A stretch of 64,000 nucleotides of DNA from Myxococcota bacterium. GTDB taxonomy: Bacteria; Myxococcota; Myxococcia; Myxococcales; Myxococcaceae. Made by a program: the position numbers and the translations under genes. Positions 58,410-64,000 of this stretch are shown here, piece by piece; the stretch's first letter is position 1, and every line of letters begins with the position of its first letter. Under the pieces are notes generated by a model. That model ran no database searches. It worked only from the letters and a program-made list of their open reading frames with translations, and had not been told where the DNA came from. Location: positions 1 through 64,000 of the forward strand of contig JBMORE010000022.1 in the NCBI GenBank assembly GCA_049322255.1. Reading direction: 5' to 3'.

Positions 58410-59888
58410 ATGACTCTTCGAATCGCCGCGTTCGTGGGTGCGCTCAGCTTCCTCTTCACCGCCTGCCCCCCTGAAAACAACAGCTCCGACGGAGGCGATG
58501 ACGGCAACGGCATCGTCGTCGGCCAAGGAGAATGCACCGGCGGGTGCGGCGAGCTACAAATATGCGACACGCAGCGGCGAATCTGCGTCGACGGCTGCGG
58601 CGGCTGCGATGGTGGGGTGTGCACCAAGAACGCGGCGGGACAGTTTCAGTGCGTGGCGCAGGTCACCGCCTGTAACGGGGCCACCTGCTCCCAGGGCCAG
58701 GCGGCGTGCGTGGCTGGAAGCTGCAGCTGCCTGCCGTTCAGCCGCGCATCGAGCGACACCTGTTTCTCCGAGGGTCAGCAGTGCAGCGGCTACTACAACC
58801 CCGTCACCCTGACCGGGGGCACCTGCACCTCGCCCAAGACCTATCAGTCGTGCAAGACCGAAGGCTGCCCCTCGGGCAACTGCGCCAGCTGCCCCGCGGG
58901 CAACATCTGTGAGGGAGTCTTCACCGGTCTGGAAAACCTGTGTCTGCGCACCTGCCAGTCGAACGCCGAGTGCCACTCCGGCGAGATGTGCGCCGGTCTC
59001 ACCGACACCACTGCCGGGTGTCTGCCCTCGGGCGTGTTCTCCCAGGGTGACTGCTGGGACTATGGCGCGCTGCCCGATGGTGGTCGAGAGCTCGTCTCCC
59101 GGCCGGTGGGCAACCGCTGCCTGTTGGGCACCATCTCGCAGTCCAACGGCGCCTCGGTGTTCACGCCACAGGAAACGACCCCCAGCGCCAACTGCCAGTA
59201 CGAATTCTTCCGCTTCTCCAATCAGCTCTTGGCGGTCGCCACCTGCCGTCCGGCCGGTACGGCCGCCGAAGGTCAACCCTGTCGGCGTGACTACGCTCCG
59301 GGGACCACCGCGTTGCAGTGCGGCACCGGCTTGGAGTGCGCACAAATCAACGGTGAAGACGGCGTGTGCATGCGCATGTGCAACGCCACCCCGCCGCGTG
59401 GGGGCATCAGGCCTCAGCCGGCCTGTGGCGCCGACGAGGCCTGCGTGAACATCTTCCGGCAGGAGAGCCCCAACTCGGTGGCGGGCGTGTGCATGAAGAG
59501 CTGCGACGTCTTCAGCGCCACCCGCGGCACCTGCGCCGCGGTGGGCACCACCCCGGCCAGCTGCGTCCCCACCGACCCGCTGGGCTTCGTGCCGGTCTCC
59601 ACCGATGGCAGCGGCATTTGTGTGCCCCAGAGAGCCGGGAGCGTCGCCGGCGTCGGCCAACCTTGCGCCGAGACGGACTCCCTCAAGGGGGCCACCTGCG
59701 CCAGCGGCCTCCTCTGTCTGGGCGCCAATAACTCCGCCCCGGTGTGCGAGCAGCCCTGCGACTTGTCATGCAAGGGAGCAACTCCGCCCGGTCGCTGCGC
59801 CACCCAGCCCAACGCCCACTGCCCCACGGGCAAGACGTGCAGCCAGATCACTGTCGGCACCGGGGTGACGCTGGGCGTTTGCCGCTGA
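58410..59888 (+). CDS. Cysteine-rich lipoprotein
   Basis: Lipobox FTAC; dense Cys repeats throughout. Confidence 0.85.
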   Translation: MTLRIAAFVGALSFLFTACPPENNSSDGGDDGNGIVVGQGECTGGCGELQICDTQRRICVDGCGGCDGGVCTKNAAGQFQCVAQVTACNGATCSQGQAACVAGSCSCLPFSRASSDTCFSEGQQCSGYYNPVTLTGGTCTSPKTYQSCKTEGCPSGNCASCPAGNICEGVFTGLENLCLRTCQSNAECHSGEMCAGLTDTTAGCLPSGVFSQGDCWDYGALPDGGRELVSRPVGNRCLLGTISQSNGASVFTPQETTPSANCQYEFFRFSNQLLAVATCRPAGTAAEGQPCRRDYAPGTTALQCGTGLECAQINGEDGVCMRMCNATPPRGGIRPQPACGADEACVNIFRQESPNSVAGVCMKSCDVFSATRGTCAAVGTTPASCVPTDPLGFVPVSTDGSGICVPQRAGSVAGVGQPCAETDSLKGATCASGLLCLGANNSAPVCEQPCDLSCKGATPPGRCATQPNAHCPTGKTCSQITVGTGVTLGVCR

Positions 59889-59934
59889 CCTCGGGAGAGG
59901 GCCCACGAAGTTTCGGGGAAGGCAGCCAGTGAGA

Positions 59935-60081
59935 AGCCGGGAGCGGGAGCGGGAGCGTTTGCGGGCAGCGGGGACGCGGACGGCTCACGGTACCCGGTCG
60001 CGTGCCCGGGTCACGTGCGACGTGCCCGATTTCCCGTCCCCGTCCCCGCAAACGCTCCCGCTCCCGATCCCGCTCCCGGCT
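59935..60081. repeat. Intergenic inverted repeat built from CGGGAG hexamers
   Basis: AGCCGGGAGCGGGAGCGGGAGCGTTTGCGGG (59935-59965) mirrored by CCCGCAAACGCTCCCGCTCCCGATCCCGCTCCCGGCT (60045-60081). Confidence 0.8.
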
Positions 60082-60091
60082 GTTCCATCTC

Positions 60092-60739
60092 TCACACCGA
60101 AATAATCCCCTTCCGTATTCCCTCCGTCACCGCTTCGACGCGGTTGGTGACCTCCAGCTTGCGGTAAATGTGCTCGAGGTGCGTACGGATGGTCGCCTTG
60201 GAGAGGTTGAGCATTCGCGCTGCCTCGCTGTTGGAGACGCCCTTGGCGATGAGCTGGAGAATCTCCTTCTCCCGCTCGGAGAGGGGCTTAGGCGGTGGCT
60301 CGGGCTCGTCGACGCGGAAGTGGCGAAGCAGGCTGCGCGCCAAGTTGGGCTGAATCACCGTACCCCCCGCCTTCACTTCTTTGATCGCCTCGATCAGCCT
60401 GTCCGCGGGGGTGCCCTTGAGCAGGTAGCCCGAGGCGCCGGCCTTCACCGCCTCGAGCACTTTGTCCTCCTCTTCGAAGATGGTGAAGATGAGAATCTCC
60501 ACCTCGGGGCAGACGGCCTTGAGGTGGCGGGTCACCTCGATGCCGCTCATACGCGGCAGCCCCAGGTCGAGCAGGAGGACCTCGGGCGCAAGCTTCGGCA
60601 CCTCGTCGATGGCGCTTTCGCCGGAGAGCGCGGTGCCGACGATCTGAACCTCCAGACTGCCCTCGAGCAGCTTGAGCTGGTTTTTGAGAATGGTCGTCTG
60701 ATCCTCGACCACGAAGACACGGATGGGGGCAGTTTCCAC
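60092..60739 (-). CDS. NarL/LuxR-family response regulator
   Basis: VVED, LDLGLP, GASGYLLK, LSEREKEILQLIAKG..HIYRKL. Confidence 0.95.
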   Translation of the reverse strand: METAPIRVFVVEDQTTILKNQLKLLEGSLEVQIVGTALSGESAIDEVPKLAPEVLLLDLGLPRMSGIEVTRHLKAVCPEVEILIFTIFEEEDKVLEAVKAGASGYLLKGTPADRLIEAIKEVKAGGTVIQPNLARSLLRHFRVDEPEPPPKPLSEREKEILQLIAKGVSNSEAARMLNLSKATIRTHLEHIYRKLEVTNRVEAVTEGIRKGIISV

Positions 60740-60755
60740 GGTGGGAGGGACCTTG

Positions 60756-62042
60756 TCAGGTAGACAGCGGGACGGAGAAAGACACCTGCGCCCCTTTGCC
60801 GGGCGCGGAATCGATGATCAGCTGGGCGCCGACCTTCAGCGCGCGCTCCTTCATGTGGATGAGCCCGTAGTGCCCCGGCCGGGCGCCGTCGGCTTGAAAC
60901 CCCCGGCCGTCGTCGGACACGCACAGATGTACCTGCTCGGGGGAGAAGTCCAGCCGCACGTCCACGCGGGAAGCGCCGGCGTGCTTGGCGGCGTTGGAGA
61001 GGGACTCTTGCAGCACGCGGAAGAGGGCCAGCTGCACGTCGGGAGCGAGCCTTAGGTGCTGCCCCGTTTTGTGGAAGCGTACGTCGAGCTGGGTGCGCTC
61101 GCGGAAGGTCTTCACGTAGTCCTCCAGCCCTGCGCCCAGATCGAAGTCCTCACGCATCATGCGCAGGTTTCGCCGCAGCTCTTCGATCGACTCTTCGGCC
61201 GAAGCCTTGAGCTCGCGAATCTCCCCCTTGAGCTTCTCGTCCTGCGTCAGCTGCAAGAGGTACTCGCTTTGAATGATGAGCGAGGAGAGCGAGGCACCCA
61301 GGCCGTCGTGAATCTCGCGAGCCAGACGGTTTCTTTCCTCCAGCACCGCGAGCTCCTTCAAGTCGCCTTGCAGCTCGAGCACTTCCCGGTGTGCGGCGAC
61401 CTCGCGCTCGTTCAGGTACACCACCACGTAGATGATGATGAAGTTGAGCGCCGAGTACCACAGCAAGGTGAGCAGCTCCACCGCCGTGGGGGTGCGGTTG
61501 AGCAGCTGATCGAGCCGGGTGGTGATGGGCAGCGCGAGCAAGGGAGGGATGATCGCCAGCGGCTTGGGGAAGAGGATGGCGAAGAGGGTGGTGAAGAGCA
61601 GCTGGGTGGCCAGGAGCGGGCTTTGCAGGCCGCCGCCGGTCTGGGGCTTGGCGATGAGGATGACGGTGATGAAGAGGTCGAAACAGAGTGTGACGTAGGT
61701 CGTCACCCGGCCCGCCTGGGGGTGGTCGATGACCATGTAGTTGGCGACGCTGTAGAGCAGCATCGCGAAGTATCCAGCGAAGGCGATCGGGCCGCCCAGA
61801 CCGAAGTAGTGCGACCACTCGGGCACCGAGAGAATGAAAAGGCCCAAGGTGAGGAACGTCATCCGTGCGTAGAAGAGCGAGCGGGCGCGGGCGACGAAGC
61901 GCTCTTGCTCCCACGATGCAGCGGTCTCGATGGGCGAGGCCCCCGGCGTCAAGTGCCGCTTCTGCAGCACCGCTTGCACGCGCGCACGCCGGTCGTACGC
62001 TGGCAATGCAGAATCAGCGAGGGCCGCCTCAGGCTCCGACAT
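60756..62042 (-). CDS. Membrane sensor histidine kinase (HisKA_3)
   Basis: TM region; ERNRLAREIHDGLG, QESLSNAAKHA, DDGRGF, GLIHMKER; start moved to MSEPE. Confidence 0.93.
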   Translation of the reverse strand: MSEPEAALADSALPAYDRRARVQAVLQKRHLTPGASPIETAASWEQERFVARARSLFYARMTFLTLGLFILSVPEWSHYFGLGGPIAFAGYFAMLLYSVANYMVIDHPQAGRVTTYVTLCFDLFITVILIAKPQTGGGLQSPLLATQLLFTTLFAILFPKPLAIIPPLLALPITTRLDQLLNRTPTAVELLTLLWYSALNFIIIYVVVYLNEREVAAHREVLELQGDLKELAVLEERNRLAREIHDGLGASLSSLIIQSEYLLQLTQDEKLKGEIRELKASAEESIEELRRNLRMMREDFDLGAGLEDYVKTFRERTQLDVRFHKTGQHLRLAPDVQLALFRVLQESLSNAAKHAGASRVDVRLDFSPEQVHLCVSDDGRGFQADGARPGHYGLIHMKERALKVGAQLIIDSAPGKGAQVSFSVPLST

Positions 62043-62057
62043 TACGTTGGAGCATAT

Positions 62058-62092
62058 CCCCTCTCCCCCTGGGAGAGGGTCAGGGTGAGGGG
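62058..62092. repeat. REP-like palindromic element, copy 1
   Basis: CCCCTCTCCCCCTGGGAGAGGGTCAGGGTGAGGGG. Confidence 0.75.
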
Positions 62093-62358
62093 CGCATTTC
62101 CCCACAAGCACTCTTCGCTTCCGGATGCTTGCCGTAGACCAGCTCCAGCCGGTCTTTGGTCTCCCCCGTCTTTTCGTCGAAGAGCGGTGTTCCTCCGGCG
62201 TACATCGTCCCTTGCGGGTTGCCGAACGGGTCGAGCCCCCGCGCGGCGAGGTAGGCATCGACGCACGCCTCCTCGGTCTGGGGGCTGGCCGGGGCCGGCT
62301 TCTTCTGGCAGGCGAAGAGCGCGAGCAAAAACAGGAGCAGCCGGGGGCCGATTTTCAT
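62080..62358 (-). CDS. Small lipoprotein
   Basis: MKIGPRLLLFLLALFAC lipobox; GTMYAGGTPLFDE. Confidence 0.75.
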   Translation of the reverse strand: MKIGPRLLLFLLALFACQKKPAPASPQTEEACVDAYLAARGLDPFGNPQGTMYAGGTPLFDEKTGETKDRLELVYGKHPEAKSACGEMRPSP

Positions 62359-62385
62359 AATGATGCAGCCTACCCGAGGAACGCT

Positions 62386-63273
62386 CTGACGCCTGCCGCT
62401 TCCATCCTCGACACCATTGGGGCCACGCCGGTGGTGCGCCTGTTGCGCGTGGTGCCCGCGGGCTCGGCCGAGGTGCTCGTCAAGCTCGAGCAGCTGGGCC
62501 CCAACGGTTGCGCGCAAGACCGCGTCGCCCTGGCGCTGCTGGAAGGAGCGCCGCCGAAGGCGCCGGTGGTGGAGGCGTCGAGCGGTAACACCGGCATCGC
62601 GCTGGCGATGGTGTGTGCGATGCGCGCTCATCCGCTCACCGTGGTGATGCCCGAGCACGTCAGCCTCGAGCGGCGGCAGCTGCTTTCGGCCTACGGGGCC
62701 AAGGTCGAGCTGACACCCGCTCAGGAGGGCATGCGTGGCGCGATCGAGCGGGCGCGCGCGCTGGCCGCGCAGACGGGCGCATACTTCCCCAACCAGTTCG
62801 AAAGTCTCGCCGCCGTCGACGTGCACCAGGCCACCACGGCTCAGGAGCTCTTGGCGACCATCCGCGCCGACGGGGGCCGCATCGATGCTTTCGTGTGCGG
62901 CGCCGGCACTGGCGCCTTGCTGACGGCGGTGGGCCGCGCGCTGAAGGCGGCCTTCCCCGGGGTGCGGGTGGTGCGGGTTCTTCCCGAAGCGACCGGTGAG
63001 CCTCACCGCCTTTTGGGGATCGATGCTCACCTCGATCTGCCGTTGATCGACCGTGCGGTGGTGGACGAAACGCTGAAGGTGAGCGACCGCGAGGCGTGGC
63101 AGATGAAGCTCCGCCTGGGCAAGGAAGAGGGGCTGCTCGTCGGCATCTCCACCGGAGCCCACCTCGTCGCCGCCAGCGTGCTCGCCCAGCGGCTGGGCGT
63201 GGGCAAGCGCGTCTACACCCTCGCCTGCGACACCGGCGAGCGCTATTTCAGCCTGGCGGAGCAGTTTTCATGA
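62386..63273 (+). CDS. Cysteine synthase-like protein lacking the PLP lysine
   Basis: IGATPVV, EASSGNTGIALA, YGA, NQF, EGLLVGISTGA, DTGERYFS; CAQDR in place of SVKDR; start uncertain (CTG after GAGG). Confidence 0.85.
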   Translation: MTPAASILDTIGATPVVRLLRVVPAGSAEVLVKLEQLGPNGCAQDRVALALLEGAPPKAPVVEASSGNTGIALAMVCAMRAHPLTVVMPEHVSLERRQLLSAYGAKVELTPAQEGMRGAIERARALAAQTGAYFPNQFESLAAVDVHQATTAQELLATIRADGGRIDAFVCGAGTGALLTAVGRALKAAFPGVRVVRVLPEATGEPHRLLGIDAHLDLPLIDRAVVDETLKVSDREAWQMKLRLGKEEGLLVGISTGAHLVAASVLAQRLGVGKRVYTLACDTGERYFSLAEQFS

Positions 63274-63956
63274 CGCGGGCGGTGGTGATTGGCGCCGGAG
63301 GCCTGGGGTGCGCGGCGGCGCTGGCGCTGGCGAAGGTGGGGGCGGAGCTGACCCTGGTCGACCCCGATCGTGTCGACGCCACCAACCTGCACCGCCAGCT
63401 GCTTCACCGCGTGTCGGACGTCGGCCGGCTCAAGGTGGAGAGCGCGGCGGATCGGCTGCGAGAGGCCTTCCCCTCGCTGGTTCTTCACACGCAGGCGGCG
63501 GCCGTGGGGGCGGCGAACGCAGAAAGGCTCTTTTCCAGCCACGACGTGGTCATCGATGGTACCGACGGGGTGGCGACGAAGTTTTTGCTCTCGGACGCGG
63601 CGGTGCTCACCGGGGTGCCGCTGGTGTACGGGGGGGTGGTGCAGTGGCGAGGGCAGGCGATGCGCATCGCTCCCGGCGGCCCGTGCCTGCGTTGTCTGTT
63701 CGAGGCGCCGCCTCCTCCTGACGCCGTGCCCACCTGCGCGCAGGCGGGGGTGTTGGGGTCGATGGCCGGGGTGGTGGGAGGCCTCCAGGCTCACCTCGCG
63801 CTGGAGGGTGAACCCGGAGGGCTGTATGTCGTAGAAGGGCACAGCCTCTGTGCACGGGTGGTGACCGTGCGCAGGGCCGAAGACTGCCGCTCGTGTGCTC
63901 CTTCGGCGCGGGCGGGCTTGAGGCTTTTGGACGAGGAGGATCGGTGCGCGCGCTGA
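63270..63956 (+). CDS. HesA/MoeB/ThiF family adenylyltransferase
   Basis: GAGGLG, D.VDATNLHRQ, DGTD, PCLRC, CAQAGVLG, CRSC. Confidence 0.92.
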   Translation: MTRAVVIGAGGLGCAAALALAKVGAELTLVDPDRVDATNLHRQLLHRVSDVGRLKVESAADRLREAFPSLVLHTQAAAVGAANAERLFSSHDVVIDGTDGVATKFLLSDAAVLTGVPLVYGGVVQWRGQAMRIAPGGPCLRCLFEAPPPPDAVPTCAQAGVLGSMAGVVGGLQAHLALEGEPGGLYVVEGHSLCARVVTVRRAEDCRSCAPSARAGLRLLDEEDRCAR

Positions 63957-63965
63957 GAGACAACG

Positions 63966-64000
63966 CCCCTCACCCCCACCCTCTCCCAGAGGGAGAGGGG
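63966..64000. repeat. REP-like palindromic element, copy 2 (opposite orientation)
   Basis: CCCCTCACCCCCACCCTCTCCCAGAGGGAGAGGGG, near reverse complement of 62058-62092. Confidence 0.75.

Noticed and set aside
56758..59888. traAB kin-recognition locus
   Set aside because: No MYXO-CTERM tail, no OmpA domain and gene order differs; only an analogy
60002..60763. ORF with RSRSRS repeat
   Set aside because: Translation of the intergenic hexamer repeat plus antisense of the response regulator

Overview
High-GC, gene-dense window from a myxobacterium (Myxococcales-like; inferred from a recognisable frzS/ECF sigma/ald/frzZ-frzABCD-E-F neighbourhood). It contains: (1) an apparently accessory ~13 kb signalling block (1.0-14.0 kb): porin-like barrel, YfiR-like protein and CHASE8-like chemoreceptor at the head of a Wsp-type chemosensory operon, facing a convergent operon with two 91%-identical PilZ-receiver paralogs, two single receivers and a hybrid kinase; (2) housekeeping genes (hom, birA, coaX, ald, serA, hemB); (3) frzS, an ECF sigma/anti-sigma pair and the Frz operon, which lacks frzG; (4) a 1518-aa repeat lipoprotein; (5) a radical SAM gene followed by an unlisted 58-codon ORF and a candidate sigma54-driven sRNA; (6) a tandem Ddl-like ligase, calpain-like protease, DmpA peptidase, two tiny basic proteins, an internally deleted IS5-like element, a barrel/Cys-rich lipoprotein pair, a NarL-type two-component pair, a cysteine-synthase homolog lacking the PLP lysine, and a ThiF/MoeB gene. 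No rRNA, tRNA or CRISPR array was seen. All calls are by-eye motif recognition without database searches; several starts were moved from the ORF track to more plausible codons.
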